64,000 nucleotides of DNA from an uncultured Actinomycetota bacterium (GCA_963725915.1 CAVSAL010000006.1:50729-114728); one strand, 5' to 3'. Positions 35,782 to 48,163 are shown, counted from the stretch's first letter. Notes: generated by a model not told the origin, from the letters alone. Numbers and translations: made by a program.

Positions 35782-36983
35782 CAGCGCACTCCGGCGCCGT
35801 CGAGCGCGACGATGCCGGGCAGATCGCGTCCCTCCACCAGCTCGAGCGTGGCGCCGCCGCCGGTCGAGAGGTGATCGACGGCGTCCTCCAGGCCGAAGTG
35901 CGCGAGGGCCGCGGCGGAGTCGCCACCACCCACGACCGTGACGCCCTTGCACCTGGCGACCGCCCGCGCGACGGCCTTGGTGCCGGCCGCGAACGGCGCC
36001 AGCTCGAAGGCGCCCATCGGTCCGTTCCAGAAGACGGTGCCGGCGCCGGCAATCAGCTCGCCGTAGCGCTCCGCGGTCTTGTGTCCGATGTCAAGCCCCA
36101 TCCAGCCCTCCGGCACCTCGACGCCGTCCAGCTCGCGGGTCTGCGCCTGCGCGGAGAAACTGTCCGCGATCACGATGTCAACCGGCAGCTCGAAGCTCGC
36201 GCCGTCCGTCGCGTATGCGCGCTCCAGCAGCCCTCGCGCGTGCTCGACGTCCTGCTCGTCGCAGAGCGATGCGCCAACCTCGTGGCCGCGCGCGGCCAGG
36301 AACGGAAAGGCCATCGCGCCGCCCACGATCACGATGTCGGCGATCTCCAGGAAGCGGTCGATCACGCCGATCTTGTCCGCCACCTTCGCGCCGCCGACCA
36401 CCGCGACCAGCGGCCGCTGCGGCGCCTTCATGATCTCGGTCAGGACGCTCACCTCGCGTGCCAGCAGCAGCCCCGCGGCGTGGGGCAGCAGGTGCGCGAC
36501 GCCCTCGGTGGAGGCGTGGGCACGGTGCGCGGCGCCGAAGGCATCGTTGACGTAGGCGTCGGCCAGCTCGCTGAGCGCATGGGCCAGCTCGGGATCGTTC
36601 TTGGTCTCCCCCGGCTCGAAGCGGACGTTCTCCAGCAGCATCGCATCGCCAGGGCCAAGCGCGTGAGTCATCGCGACGACCTGCTCGCCCACGACCGCCG
36701 GCGCAAGCTGCACCTCCAAGCCCAGCAGCTCCGAGAGGCGAACGGCAACCGGCCGCATTGAGAGCTCGGGGTCCGCCACCCCTTTGGGCCTGCCGAGATG
36801 CGAGACGAGCACCACGCGCGCGCCGCGGCGGCGCAGCTCCTGGATGGTGGGCAGCGCGCCCACGATCCGCGTGTCGTCGGCAACCTGCGGGCAGCCGTCG
36901 GGCCCCGGCTGCAGCGGAACGTTGAAGTCGACTCGGACGAGGACCCGCTTTCCCTCGACGTCGAGATCTGCCAAGGAGATCAT
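35781..36983 (-). CDS. pgk: Phosphoglycerate kinase
   Basis: RVDFNVP, SHLGRP, NDAFG, WNGPMG, GGGDS, STGGGA. Confidence 0.97.
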   Translation of the reverse strand: MISLADLDVEGKRVLVRVDFNVPLQPGPDGCPQVADDTRIVGALPTIQELRRRGARVVLVSHLGRPKGVADPELSMRPVAVRLSELLGLEVQLAPAVVGEQVVAMTHALGPGDAMLLENVRFEPGETKNDPELAHALSELADAYVNDAFGAAHRAHASTEGVAHLLPHAAGLLLAREVSVLTEIMKAPQRPLVAVVGGAKVADKIGVIDRFLEIADIVIVGGAMAFPFLAARGHEVGASLCDEQDVEHARGLLERAYATDGASFELPVDIVIADSFSAQAQTRELDGVEVPEGWMGLDIGHKTAERYGELIAGAGTVFWNGPMGAFELAPFAAGTKAVARAVARCKGVTVVGGGDSAAALAHFGLEDAVDHLSTGGGATLELVEGRDLPGIVALDGAGVR

Positions 36984-36996
36984 CGCCCGGCTGCGC

Positions 36997-38002
<1,006 letters not shown>

Positions 38003-38115
38003 GCCTAAAAGCCTCCTGAGCGAAAAAGGACGAGGCCAGGCGAAGGATAGGCCGCCCCCGCCCGGCGAATGCGCGAAGGCTATCAGGGCCTCCTCGGACC
38101 CAACCGGAGGAGCCC

Positions 38116-39078
38116 TCAGGCGTCTCTGGGGTGCTTATCGACGTCGCGATGGTCCACCGCAACGCTCAACTGCTGCCAATCGCCGTAATGCTTGGCGAGA
38201 TGCTCGGCGATCGTGACCGAGCGGTGCCGCCCGCCGGTGCAGCCGATCGCGACCACCAGATGGGACTTGCCCTCCGCCACGTACTGCGGCAGCAGGAAGT
38301 CGAGCAGGGCATGCAGGCGCTCGTAGAGCTGCTCCAGCCGCCCGTCGCGAGCGACGTACTCGACCACCCGCGGGTCGTGGCCGGTGAGTGGGCGCAGGCT
38401 CGGCTCGTAGTGGGGGTTCGGCAGGAAGCGCACGTCCAGCGCGAGGTCCTCGTCGCGCGGCGGCCCGTGCTTGAAGCCGAAGCTCATGAAGGTGACCGCG
38501 AGCAGGCCGCTCGGCTGGTGGGGCAGCAGCTCCTCCACGATCCGGTGGCGCAGCATCGTGGTCGAGAAGCCGGTGGTGTCGATCGAGACCTCGGCCCGCG
38601 CCCGCAGCGGCTCCAGCAGCGCGCGCTCCGCCGCCACGCCCTCGGCGACGCTGCCCTCCGGCGCCAGCGGATGACGCCGGCGCGTCTCCTTGTAGCGGTT
38701 GACGAGCGTCTGCTCGGCGGCGTCGAGGAAGAGCATCTTGTGCTCGATCCCGCGCGCCTTGAGCTCGTCCATCACCGCGTGCAGCGCCTCGAAGTAGACG
38801 CCGCCGCGCACGTCGCAGACCACGGCCGCGCGCTCGACCTTCGAGCCGCTGTGGACGAACAGCTGCACCAGCGAGCCGATCATCTCCGGCGGCAGGTTGT
38901 CCACGCAGAAGTAGCCGGCGTCCTCGAAGACGTTCATCGCCGTCGACTTGCCGGCGCCGGAGTAGCCGGTGATCACGACGAGGTTTTGCAGCCGCGACTC
39001 GGGCGCCGGCTTGGCGGGCGCCGCCGGCTTGGTCGCAAGCCGTGGCCTCAGTGGCTTCAAGACGACCATTCTCTCCAC
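38116..39078 (-). CDS. rapZ: RapZ/YvcJ P-loop NTPase
   Basis: TGYSGAGKS, VDNLP, ETRRRHP, SFGFKHG, DVRFLPNP, GCTGGRHRS. Confidence 0.95.
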   Translation of the reverse strand: MERMVVLKPLRPRLATKPAAPAKPAPESRLQNLVVITGYSGAGKSTAMNVFEDAGYFCVDNLPPEMIGSLVQLFVHSGSKVERAAVVCDVRGGVYFEALHAVMDELKARGIEHKMLFLDAAEQTLVNRYKETRRRHPLAPEGSVAEGVAAERALLEPLRARAEVSIDTTGFSTTMLRHRIVEELLPHQPSGLLAVTFMSFGFKHGPPRDEDLALDVRFLPNPHYEPSLRPLTGHDPRVVEYVARDGRLEQLYERLHALLDFLLPQYVAEGKSHLVVAIGCTGGRHRSVTIAEHLAKHYGDWQQLSVAVDHRDVDKHPRDA

Positions 39079-39141
39079 TGATTGTGCCGGGATCGGCGGA
39101 CATTCCCGGCGGTTGGGGCGCCGAGGTCCCTCTCGGCAGGC

Positions 39142-41011
39142 TCAGCCGGTGCGGTGCAGGTGCCCGTGCAGCTCGCGCCCGACCTTCGGCGGCAGCCCCG
39201 GCACGGCCTGCAGATCCTCCCTGGACGCGGCCAGGACGGCCTCCGGCGAGCCGAAGTGCGCAAGCAGCGCGCGCTTGCGCGCGGGCCCCACGCCGGGGAT
39301 GTCGTCCAGCAGCGAGCCGGTCATCGCGCGGTCGCGCCTGATCCTGTGGTGGGCGATCGCAAAGCGGTGCGCCTCGTCGCGCAGGCGCTGCAGCAGCTGC
39401 AGCGCGGGACTTGAGCGATCCAGCAGCAGCGGCCCCCGGCGGCCCGGCAGGAAATCTCCTCGATCCGCTTGGCCAGCGAGATCACGCTGACGCCGCGCTC
39501 GCGAAAGCCCTTCAGGGCGCGCACGCCGGCGGCGAGCTGGCCCTTGCCGCCGTCGATCACGATCAGGCTCGGCAGCGCAGCGAAGCTCGCGTCGTAGGCG
39601 CGATCGTGGGGGAGATCTCCAGCTGACGCTCCCACTGGGCCAGGCGACGCGAGAGCACCTCTTCCATCGAGGCGAAGTCGTCGGAGCCCTGCACGGTACG
39701 GATCGTGAAGCGCCGGTAGTCGGCCTTCTTGGCGATCCCCGCCTCGAAGACGACCATCGAGGCGACGGTGTGGGTGCCGCCGAGGTTCGAGATGTCAAAG
39801 CACTCGATCCGCACCGGCACCGCTTCGAGTCCGAGTGCGCGCTGCAGCCCTTCGAGCGCCTCCGCGCGGCTCTGGCGGCGGCGCTCCGCGCGCAGCCGCT
39901 CGGTGTCGAGCGCGAGCGCGGCGTTGCGGCGGGCCAGCTCCAGGATCTTGCGCTTGTCCCCGCGCTCGGCGGTCCTGATCGCGACCGGGCCCCCACGCCG
40001 GGCCGCAAGCACCTCCGCAAGCGCCTCCCGCTCGGACTCCTCGCGCGCCATCAGCTCCGGCTCGACGATCAGTTGCGGCGGGATCGCGGTCTGGCCGCCG
40101 TAGTACTGCAGGATGAACTCCTGAGAGACCTCCCCCACGTCGCGCTGCGCCTCGTTTGAGAGGTAGAAGGATTGGCGGTCGGAGAGCACGCCGTCGCGCA
40201 CCTGAAAGACCTGGGCGTTGGCCTCCACTCCGTCGAGTGCAACCGCGATCGCATCGAGCGTGCCGATCGCCGCGCCGACCACGCGCTGGCGCTCCAGCAG
40301 CGAGCGCACGGCACGCAGCCGGTTGCGCTCCAAGGTGGCCTGCTCGAACTCTTCGGCGGCGGCCGCCGCCTTCATCCGCTGCTCGAGGTCTCGCTCGATC
40401 GCCTTGAAGCGGCCGGAGAGGAAGTCGATCACCCTGTCGATTCCCGCCCGGTAGCGCTCGACCGTCACATAGTCAACGCAGGGCGCCTCGCAGCGCTTGA
40501 TGTAGTAGTCGAGACAGGGATTGCCCGACCGGCGCCCCGGCTCGGCGCCGGTGCAGGTCCGGAACATGAAGACCTTGCCCAGCACCTCGAGCGTGCTGCG
40601 CACTCGCTTGGCGTTGGAGTAGGGCCCGAAGTAGACGCGGCCCGAGCGGTGGCGCTCGCGCGTGAAGTAGACCCGCGGGAACTCCTCGTCCAGAGATATG
40701 CCGATATAGGGATAGGACTTGTCGTCGCGCAGCTTGACGTTGAAGCGCGGTCGGTACTGCTTGATGAAGCTCTGCTCGGCCAGCAGCGCCTCCGCCTCGC
40801 TGCCGACCACCACGCACTCGACGTGCAGCGCCCGGGCGACCATCTCATCGTGCCCGGGCGTGTCCTGCGGTCTCGACTTTGAGAAGTGCGAAGCGACGCG
40901 CTTGCGGATCGACTTCGCCTTGCCGACGTAGATCACCCTGCCGCGCTCGTCGCGGAAGAGGTAGACGCCCGGCTCGTCGGGCAGCTCCCTGCGCTGCTCA
41001 GCGAGGATCAA
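39142..41011 (-). CDS. uvrC: Excinuclease ABC subunit C (frameshifts near 39600 and 39455)
   Basis: [41 protein letters not shown], HhH tail; TTG 41011. Confidence 0.94.
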
Positions 41012-41367
41012 TAGGAGCGCCAGAAGCGGTAGACGACCATCAGCAGGTAGGCGACCAGCCCCAGCAGCACGAACCAGGCCAGCTCGCCGCCTCCCGCATT
41101 CCACATCCGCGTGCGCGCGGCGATCAGCACCGCGCCGAGCGCGACCGCCCCGTAGAGCATGCCGCGATGCCGGGGACCGAGGCTGTAGAGGCTGATCCGG
41201 TGTTCGCGGTACAGACGCACGCCCATGTAGCCGATGCCGGCCGCGAAGACGACCCACAGCACCGACCTGAATGTGTCCGCGGCACGCCCGGCGCCTGGCA
41301 GGAACTCGACCGCGGCGGCCAGCACCAGCACGATCAGGATGTTGCGCGCCGTGCCGAGTCTGCTCAT
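41008..41367 (-). CDS. Small multi-TM hypothetical protein
   Basis: ATG 41367, about four hydrophobic segments, overlaps the uvrC start. Confidence 0.7.
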   Translation of the reverse strand: MSRLGTARNILIVLVLAAAVEFLPGAGRAADTFRSVLWVVFAAGIGYMGVRLYREHRISLYSLGPRHRGMLYGAVALGAVLIAARTRMWNAGGGELAWFVLLGLVAYLLMVVYRFWRSY

Positions 41368-41422
41368 GTCTGGCTTCTGCCGATCGGCCTGCTCATCGCC
41401 TGCCCAGTCTAGGGCGCACAGG

Positions 41423-43507
41423 TCAGCCCGCCAGCGCCTGCAGCCGCTCGTAGGCCTGCTCGACCGCGCGCCGCGCTGCGGTGTGCCGCGCCTCCGACTT
41501 GGCCGCCTCGTACTTGGTCGCCCAAGCGGCCGGATCGGCCAGCTCGTCTTCGAGCGCCTGCAACGCCGCTTCGGCCTCTTCGATCGCGCGCTCTGCCTTC
41601 TGCTGCTCGCGCAGGCGGTTCTTGGAGATGGTGCTCGCGCGGTCGGTACTCGTGGTGCTTGCGCGGTCGGTGCTTGCGCGCTTGCCGCCCGCGCGGCCTG
41701 CCTTGGCGCCATCATCCTCGCGGGCGCGGCCGCCGCCGCTGCCGTTGCCATTGGAGATCGCGGGGGCGCTCGTCCTGGCGTGCGCGCCGCCACCGCCACC
41801 GCCCCCCGCTTCGCGCCGCTCTTCGCGCACCCGCACATACTCCGGCCAGCCGCCGGTATAGCTGCGCAGCGAGCACTCCTCGATTGCGACGGTGCGGCTG
41901 CCGACCGCGTCGAGCAGCGCGCGATCGTGGGAGACGAGCAGCAGGGCGCCGTCGAAGGCGCGCAGCGCGTCCTCCAGCGCCTCGCGACTGTCGAGGTCGA
42001 GATGGTTGGTGGGCTCATCCAGGATCAGCACGTTCGGCGGCTCGGGCGTCCCGTTGACGAGGATCGCCAGCGAGAGCCGCTGTCGCTCGCCGCCGGAGAG
42101 GCCCTCCAGCGGCTTCTCGGCATCCTCCCCGGAGAACAGAAACCGGCCGAGCAGCGCCCTGGCCTTGTTCGGCGTGAGCCCGGTGGCGCGCTGGGCGGCG
42201 TCGAGCACGCTCTGGTCGCGATCGCCGCCGGCGCCGAGATCGTCGGAGTGCTGAGAGAGGTATCCGACCTTGACGTTGTGGCCGGTGCTGAGTTTGCCCG
42301 CCGCCAGCCCCCGACGCCCGGTCAGCGTCTCTATCAGCGTGCTCTTGCCGGTGCCGTTGGGACCCACGAGCGAGACGTGCTCGCCCCGTTCGAGCCGAAT
42401 CTCGGCGTCGTGCAGCAGCACCCGCGGCGCCACGCCGTCCCCGCCGCCGACCTCGATGCGGCCCTCGCCCAGCTCGAAGACCACGCGCCCGGAGCGCTGT
42501 GCCGACTTGAAGGAGAACTCGAAGCTGCGGTCGGGCTGCCCGCCGGCGGCGCTCACGTCGATCGGCTCCATCTTGGCGAGCTTCTTCATCCGCGACTGCG
42601 CCTGGCGCGCCTTGGTCGCCTTGTAGCGAAAACGCTCGATGAACCGCTCCATCCGCGCGATCTCCGCCCGCTGCGTATCGATCGCCTTGCCCGCCGCGAT
42701 CTCACGGGCCGCCTGCTCGCGCCGCCAGGCGTGCCAGGGGCCGGAGAAGAAGCGTGAGCGCGTCGGGTTCGCCGGCGGATTGCCGTAGAGCTCGAGCACC
42801 GAGGTGCCGACGGCCTCCAGGAACCAGCGGTCGTGCGCGACGAGCACGACCGCCGCGTCGAGACCTTCGAGCGTCTGCTCGAGCCACTCCAGCGACTCGA
42901 TGTCGAGATGGTTGGTGGGCTCGTCCAGCAGCAGCACGTCGGCGCCGGTGGCCAGAGCGCGCGCGAGCGAGGCCCGCGTCAGCTGACCTCCGGAGAAGCT
43001 CGAGAGCGGCCGCTCCAGATCCTGCTCGCCGAAGCCGAGGCCCCGCGTCATCACGGTCGCGCGGTCGCGCCAGAGGTAGCCGCCGAGGGACTCCAGCCGT
43101 GCCTGGGCGCGAGCGTAGCGCTCCAGCACCCGGTCCTCGGCGCCGTCGGCCATCTGGCGCTCGAGCTCCGTCGGCTCCGCCTCGGTCGCGAGCTCCTGCG
43201 CGCAGCCGGAGAGCACGTAGTCGCGCAGTGCCAGGGGGGCGGCGGGCGGGGATCCGGTCTGCGCCTCGCGCGGCGGGCGCTGATCGTGCAGCGCGATCCG
43301 CGCCCCCTTGGCGAGGCTGATCTCGCCACGGTCGATCGAGTCCTCGCCGGCGAGCATCCGCAGCAGCGTCGTCTTGCCGGCGCCGTTGCGCCCGGCGATC
43401 GTCATCCGCTCGCCGCGCTCCAACTTGAAGGACACGCCGGCGAGCAGCGGCTTGCCGGCCAGGTCCTTGTGCAGGTCAGATGCGATCAAGACGGCCATGC
43501 AGGCCAT
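41423..43507 (-). CDS. ABC-F family ATPase (Uup/YheS-like)
   Basis: Two NBDs (GRNGAGKT, GPNGTGKS), two LDEPTNHLD, FRYKATKARQAQS linker, no TM. Confidence 0.92.
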   Translation of the reverse strand: MACMAVLIASDLHKDLAGKPLLAGVSFKLERGERMTIAGRNGAGKTTLLRMLAGEDSIDRGEISLAKGARIALHDQRPPREAQTGSPPAAPLALRDYVLSGCAQELATEAEPTELERQMADGAEDRVLERYARAQARLESLGGYLWRDRATVMTRGLGFGEQDLERPLSSFSGGQLTRASLARALATGADVLLLDEPTNHLDIESLEWLEQTLEGLDAAVVLVAHDRWFLEAVGTSVLELYGNPPANPTRSRFFSGPWHAWRREQAAREIAAGKAIDTQRAEIARMERFIERFRYKATKARQAQSRMKKLAKMEPIDVSAAGGQPDRSFEFSFKSAQRSGRVVFELGEGRIEVGGGDGVAPRVLLHDAEIRLERGEHVSLVGPNGTGKSTLIETLTGRRGLAAGKLSTGHNVKVGYLSQHSDDLGAGGDRDQSVLDAAQRATGLTPNKARALLGRFLFSGEDAEKPLEGLSGGERQRLSLAILVNGTPEPPNVLILDEPTNHLDLDSREALEDALRAFDGALLLVSHDRALLDAVGSRTVAIEECSLRSYTGGWPEYVRVREERREAGGGGGGGAHARTSAPAISNGNGSGGGRAREDDGAKAGRAGGKRASTDRASTTSTDRASTISKNRLREQQKAERAIEEAEAALQALEDELADPAAWATKYEAAKSEARHTAARRAVEQAYERLQALAG

Positions 43508-43576
43508 CGTATGGGCTCAGAGTCTGACTCCTACGCCGCGCGCTGCAAGCCGCGCGCTCGTATAGGATTTCGCGCG

Positions 43577-43891
43577 ATGCGCAGCAAGATCCAGAAGAGC
43601 ACTCGCCAGGCCGCCCGGCTGAGCCGACTCGTGCTCGCGATCGGCTGGGTCAGCGCCGTCTGCCTCACCCTGGCCCCGAGCGCGATGGCCGCGGCCGCCG
43701 ACGGCCGTGGCTGGTGGGGCGAGGTCAACGACAAGGTCGTAACCACCTTCGGCTTCATCCTGATCGGCGGCTTCCCGCTGCTGATCGGCATCTTCAGCCT
43801 GATCCAGTGGCGACTCGACAAGCGCAAAGAAGCGCGCAAAGCAGCCGAGAAAGCGCTGCTTGCCGAGGCCAACTGGCACGGCGGCTGGTGA
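43577..43891 (+). CDS. Small membrane hypothetical protein
   Basis: Signal/TM segments, GWWGEVNDKVVT, ends HGGW; GTGA overlap with the next gene. Confidence 0.65.
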   Translation: MRSKIQKSTRQAARLSRLVLAIGWVSAVCLTLAPSAMAAAADGRGWWGEVNDKVVTTFGFILIGGFPLLIGIFSLIQWRLDKRKEARKAAEKALLAEANWHGGW

Positions 43892-44652
43892 GCGGCGTCC
43901 GCTACGAGCGGACGGGCACCACAGCGCTGATCACGATCGAGCGCCCGGAGCGACGCAACGCGATTGACGGCCCGACCGCCAGCGCCCTGCACGAGGCATT
44001 CCTGCGCTTCGAGTCCGAAGCGGACGCGCTCACGCTCGTGCTCACCGGCGCGGGCGAGCAGGCCTTCTGCGCCGGCGCGGACCTCAAGGCCGTGGAGACA
44101 TTCGCCGATCGCCTGCAGGCGCCCGAGGGCCCCCTCGGCTTCACCCGCCTGACCCCCTCCAAGCCGACGATCGCCGCGATCTCCGGCTACGCCCTGGCCG
44201 GCGGCCTGGAGCTCGCGCTGTGGTGCGATCTGAGAATCGCCGCGGAGGGCGCGCGGCTCGGGTTCACCGAGCGCCGCTTCGGCGTGCCGCTGATCGACGG
44301 CGGCACCCAGCGGCTGCCGCGCATCGTCGGCCTCGGGCGCGCGCTCGACCTGATCCTCACCGGCCGGATCCTCGAGGCGCAGGAGGCGCTGTCGATCGGG
44401 CTGCTGACCGAGGTCGTGCCGCCAGGCCAGCACCTGCAACGCGCACTGGCGCTCGCCGAGGGGCTCGCCCGCTTCCCGCAGCGGACGATGCTCGCCGACA
44501 GGCGCACCGCGATCGAGGGGCAGGGCCTGCGCCTCGCCGACGGCCTCGCGCTGGAGGCAAAGGCGGGCCCACAGACCTTCGCCGACGCCCTGGCCGGCGC
44601 GCAGCGCTTCGCCTCCGGCGAGGGTCGCGGCGGCGCCGGTGCCGGTGCCTGA
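43888..44652 (+). CDS. Crotonase/enoyl-CoA hydratase family protein
   Basis: RPERRNA, FCAGADL, AGGLELALWCD, GVPLIDGGT. Confidence 0.92.
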   Translation: MSGVRYERTGTTALITIERPERRNAIDGPTASALHEAFLRFESEADALTLVLTGAGEQAFCAGADLKAVETFADRLQAPEGPLGFTRLTPSKPTIAAISGYALAGGLELALWCDLRIAAEGARLGFTERRFGVPLIDGGTQRLPRIVGLGRALDLILTGRILEAQEALSIGLLTEVVPPGQHLQRALALAEGLARFPQRTMLADRRTAIEGQGLRLADGLALEAKAGPQTFADALAGAQRFASGEGRGGAGAGA

Positions 44653-44690
44653 CACTTCACCCGGCACCACATCGCCTATCCTCGCCTGAC

Positions 44691-46694
44691 ATGGCCTACT
44701 TCGTTACCGGCGCAACAGGGTTCATAGGCCACCACCTGCTCGAAGCGCTGCTGCGCCGCGACGGGGATGTCTACGTGCTGATCCGCGAGCGCTCGCAGGG
44801 CAAGCTCGCCGAGCAGCTCGACATGATGGAGCGTCGCGCGCCCGGCTTGCCGATAGAGCGCGTCCAGCCGGTGATCGGCGACCTGCGCAAGCCGCTGCTC
44901 GGGCTCGAGGTCGATCAGGTCCAGGAGCTGCGCGGCAAGATCGACCACTTCTTCCACCTCGCGGCCATCTACGACATGACCGCGCCGGCGCAGCGCAACA
45001 TCGCCGTCAACGTCGGCGGCACCTCGCACGCGGTCGAGCTGGCGCGCTCGCTGGAGGTCGGCTGCCTGCACCACGTCTCCTCGATCGCGGTCGCGGGCAC
45101 CAAGAAGGGCCTCTTCAGCGAGGACGCCTTCGACGAGGGCCAGCGGCTGCCATCGCCGTACCACAAGACGAAGTTCGAGTCTGAGCGGATCGTGCGCGAG
45201 CAGCCCTATGTGCCCTGGCGCGTCTACCGACCCGCGGTCGTGGTCGGCGACTCGCGGACCGGCGAGATGGACAAGATCGATGGTCCCTACTACTTCTTCA
45301 AGTCGATCCAGATGATGCGCCACTTCATCCCGGAGTGGCTGCCGCTGATCGGCCTCGACCTCGGCAGGACGAACATCGTGCCCGTCAACTGGGTCTCGGC
45401 TGCGATCGACCACATCGCGCACAAGCGCGGCCTCGACGGCCGCGCCTTTCACCTCACCGACCCGCGCTCGATCAGGATCGACCGTGTCTTCAACCTGCTC
45501 GCCGAGGCCGCCCACGCGCCGCGCTTCGCGCTCAGCCTCGACAAGCGGCTGCTCGCGCCGGTGCCCAAGACGCCACTGTCGCTCGCGGGGCGCCTGCCGC
45601 TGATAAGCCAGGCGCGCAAGCTCGCGCTCAAAGAGCTCGGCATCCCCGGGGAGGTGCTCTCCCACATCGACCTCGTGCCCGAGTTCGACACGCGCGAGAC
45701 GCGCAGGGCGCTTGCCGGCACGACTTTCGAGACGCCACCACCGTTTGAGAACTACGTCACGCGGCTGTGGGACTACTGGGAGCGCGACATGGACCCGGAC
45801 ATCGATCGTTCGCGAACCCTGCGCGAGGCCGTCGCGGCGCGCCAGGTCCTGATCACCGGCGCCTCCTCCGGGATCGGCAAGGCCACCGCGCTGAAGATCG
45901 CGGCCGCGGGCGGGGTGCCGCTGCTGGTCGCGCGCAACGTCGAGAAGCTCGAGGAGGTGCGGGCCGAGATCGTCGCCTCCGGCGGCACCGCCTACGTCTA
46001 CGCCGCCGACATCTCCGACATGGACGACGTCGAACGGCTGCTGGAGCGCGTGCTCGCAGACCACGGACACGTGGACATGCTCGTCAACAACGCGGGCCGC
46101 TCGATCAGGCGCTCGGTCGCGCTCAGCTACGAGCGCTTCCACGACTACGAACGCACGATGCAGCTCAACTACTTCGGCGCGGTCAAGCTGATCCTGGGGC
46201 TGCTGCCCTCGATGCGGCAGCGCGGCCGCGGCCACATCGTCAACGTCTCCTCGATCGGCGTGCAGACAAACCCGCCGCGCTTCTCGGCCTACGTCGCCTC
46301 CAAGGCCGCGCTCGACGCCTTCACGCGGGTCGTGGCCTCGGAGGTGATCGGCGACGGGGTGACGTTCACCACGATCCACATGCCGCTCGTGCGCACGCCG
46401 ATGATCGCGCCGACGAAGATGTACAGCGCCTTCCCCACGATCAGCCCCGACGACGCGGCGGAGATGATCTGCGAGGCGCTTCGCACCCGCCGCAAGCACA
46501 TCGGCACCCGCCTCGGCACCGTCGGCGAGGTCGCCTACGCGCTCTCCCCGAAGGCCGTGGATCGGATCCTGCACCTCGCCTACCGGGTCTTCCCCGACTC
46601 CGCCGCGGCCAAGGGCCAGCGCGAGCAGATCGAGGAGCGCGCCTCCTTCGAGCAGATCGCGATGGCGAACCTGATGCGAGGGGTGCACTGGTGA
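44691..46694 (+). CDS. Two-domain SDR, fatty acyl-CoA reductase (Fcr1/AcrA1-like)
   Basis: TGATGFIG..HLAAIYD..YHKTK, then TGASSGIG, NNAGRSIRR, YVASK, MPLVRTPMIAPT; ends RGVHW. Confidence 0.88.
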   Translation: MAYFVTGATGFIGHHLLEALLRRDGDVYVLIRERSQGKLAEQLDMMERRAPGLPIERVQPVIGDLRKPLLGLEVDQVQELRGKIDHFFHLAAIYDMTAPAQRNIAVNVGGTSHAVELARSLEVGCLHHVSSIAVAGTKKGLFSEDAFDEGQRLPSPYHKTKFESERIVREQPYVPWRVYRPAVVVGDSRTGEMDKIDGPYYFFKSIQMMRHFIPEWLPLIGLDLGRTNIVPVNWVSAAIDHIAHKRGLDGRAFHLTDPRSIRIDRVFNLLAEAAHAPRFALSLDKRLLAPVPKTPLSLAGRLPLISQARKLALKELGIPGEVLSHIDLVPEFDTRETRRALAGTTFETPPPFENYVTRLWDYWERDMDPDIDRSRTLREAVAARQVLITGASSGIGKATALKIAAAGGVPLLVARNVEKLEEVRAEIVASGGTAYVYAADISDMDDVERLLERVLADHGHVDMLVNNAGRSIRRSVALSYERFHDYERTMQLNYFGAVKLILGLLPSMRQRGRGHIVNVSSIGVQTNPPRFSAYVASKAALDAFTRVVASEVIGDGVTFTTIHMPLVRTPMIAPTKMYSAFPTISPDDAAEMICEALRTRRKHIGTRLGTVGEVAYALSPKAVDRILHLAYRVFPDSAAAKGQREQIEERASFEQIAMANLMRGVHW

Positions 46695-47359
46695 AAGAGC
46701 TCGCCGAGGGCGTCCACATGCTCAGCGGGTTTCCGCCCAACGCGATCAACGTCTATCTCGTCGGTGAGACCCTGATCGACGCCGGCACGCGCCAGGCCGA
46801 GAAACGGATCGTGCGCCAGATCGGCGGCCGCACGCTCACCACCCACGCGCTCACCCACGCCCACCCCGACCACCAGGGATCGAGCCACGCGATCTGCGAA
46901 CGCTTCGGCATCCCGCTGTGGTGCGGCCAAGACGACGTGCCCGCGGTTGAGCGCGCCGGTGGAGTGTTCAATCCGAAGGCGCCCGCGTGGCTCAACAAGG
47001 CGCAGCAGCGGTTCTGGACGGGGCCGCCGCACCCCGTCGCGCGTGCGCTGACCGAGGGAGACGAGGTCGAAGGCTTCACGGTGCTCGAGGTCCCGGGCCA
47101 CTCGCGCGGTCACATCGCCTTCTGGCGCGAGTCCGACAGGGTGCTGATTCTCGGCGACGTGCTCGGCAACATGAACATGATGACCGGCGTGCCGGGCCTC
47201 AACGCGCCGCCGGACATGTTCACGCCGGACCCCGCGCGCAACCGCGCCTCCGCCCGCCGGCTGGCGGCGCTGCGACCGGCGCTGGCCTGCTTTGGGCACG
47301 GCGCGCCGCTGCGCGACCCGGACCGAATCGCCGACTTCGTGGCCACCCTGCCGGCTTGA
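46691..47359 (+). CDS. MBL-fold metallo-hydrolase
   Basis: THAHPDH, PGHSRGH, GD, FGHG. Confidence 0.88.
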   Translation: MKELAEGVHMLSGFPPNAINVYLVGETLIDAGTRQAEKRIVRQIGGRTLTTHALTHAHPDHQGSSHAICERFGIPLWCGQDDVPAVERAGGVFNPKAPAWLNKAQQRFWTGPPHPVARALTEGDEVEGFTVLEVPGHSRGHIAFWRESDRVLILGDVLGNMNMMTGVPGLNAPPDMFTPDPARNRASARRLAALRPALACFGHGAPLRDPDRIADFVATLPA

Positions 47360-47364
47360 GCGAG

Positions 47365-48163
47365 ATGCAGAGCATCTTCGCGGCGCAGGATGGCCGCTTC
47401 GTGCCCACGCCGTTCGCGCGCGGCCCGTGGGATCCCGGCGCGCTGCACGGCGGCGCCGCCGCGGCGCTGATCGTCGATGAGATCGAGCGCCTGCACCCCA
47501 CGCCGGCGCTGCGCACCGCACGGCTCTCGTTCCAGTTCCTGCGCCCGGTCCCCTCAAAGCCGCTGAGCCTGAGCACCGAGGTCGTGCGCCCCGGACGCAG
47601 GGTCCAGGAGATATCCGCCGAGTTGCGCAGCGAGGACACGCTCGTCTGCAGGGCCAAAGCGCTGCGCGTGCAGGCGCTGGCGGCCGACCTGCCGCAACGC
47701 GAGCCGACGGGCGAGCACGACCGCCCGCCGCGAGAGGACATGCCCGGCCCGCAAGACGGCAACGCCGTGCGCTTCGCGCTCGATGACCCCGCCGCACCGA
47801 GCTTTGCGACCGCGATGGACATGCGCTGGCTGACCGAGCCATTCTCCCTCGGTCCGGGACGGGTCTGGATGCGACTGCGGATGCCGCTGCTGCCGGAGCG
47901 CCCCGCGAGCCCGCTCGCGCTGCTGGCCGCGGTCTGCGACTTCGGCAACGGCGTCAGACTCCGAGCTGCGCTTCGACCGGTATGTGTTCATCAACGCCGA
48001 TCTCACCCTGCACCTGCATCGCCTCCCGCAGGGTCAGTGGGCGGGGATCGACGCCCACACCAAGCTCGCGCCGGACGGCGCCGGCCTGGCGCAGAGCATC
48101 GCCCACGACGCTCACGGCTCGGTCGGGCGGGCCTTCCAGTCGCTCGTGGTCCAGCCGCGGTAG
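47365..48163 (+). CDS. Acyl-CoA thioesterase-like (double hotdog) protein, frameshift near 47955
   Basis: ARGPW..LHGG, FLRPVP, VRPGRR, DFGNG; the shifted frame gives FINADLTLHLHR...QSLVV with TAG at 48161-63. Confidence 0.8.

Noticed and set aside
41625-41685. Short tandem repeat (RASTD/RASTT) in the ABC-F gene
   Set aside because: Low-complexity in-frame linker expansion; no sign of function.
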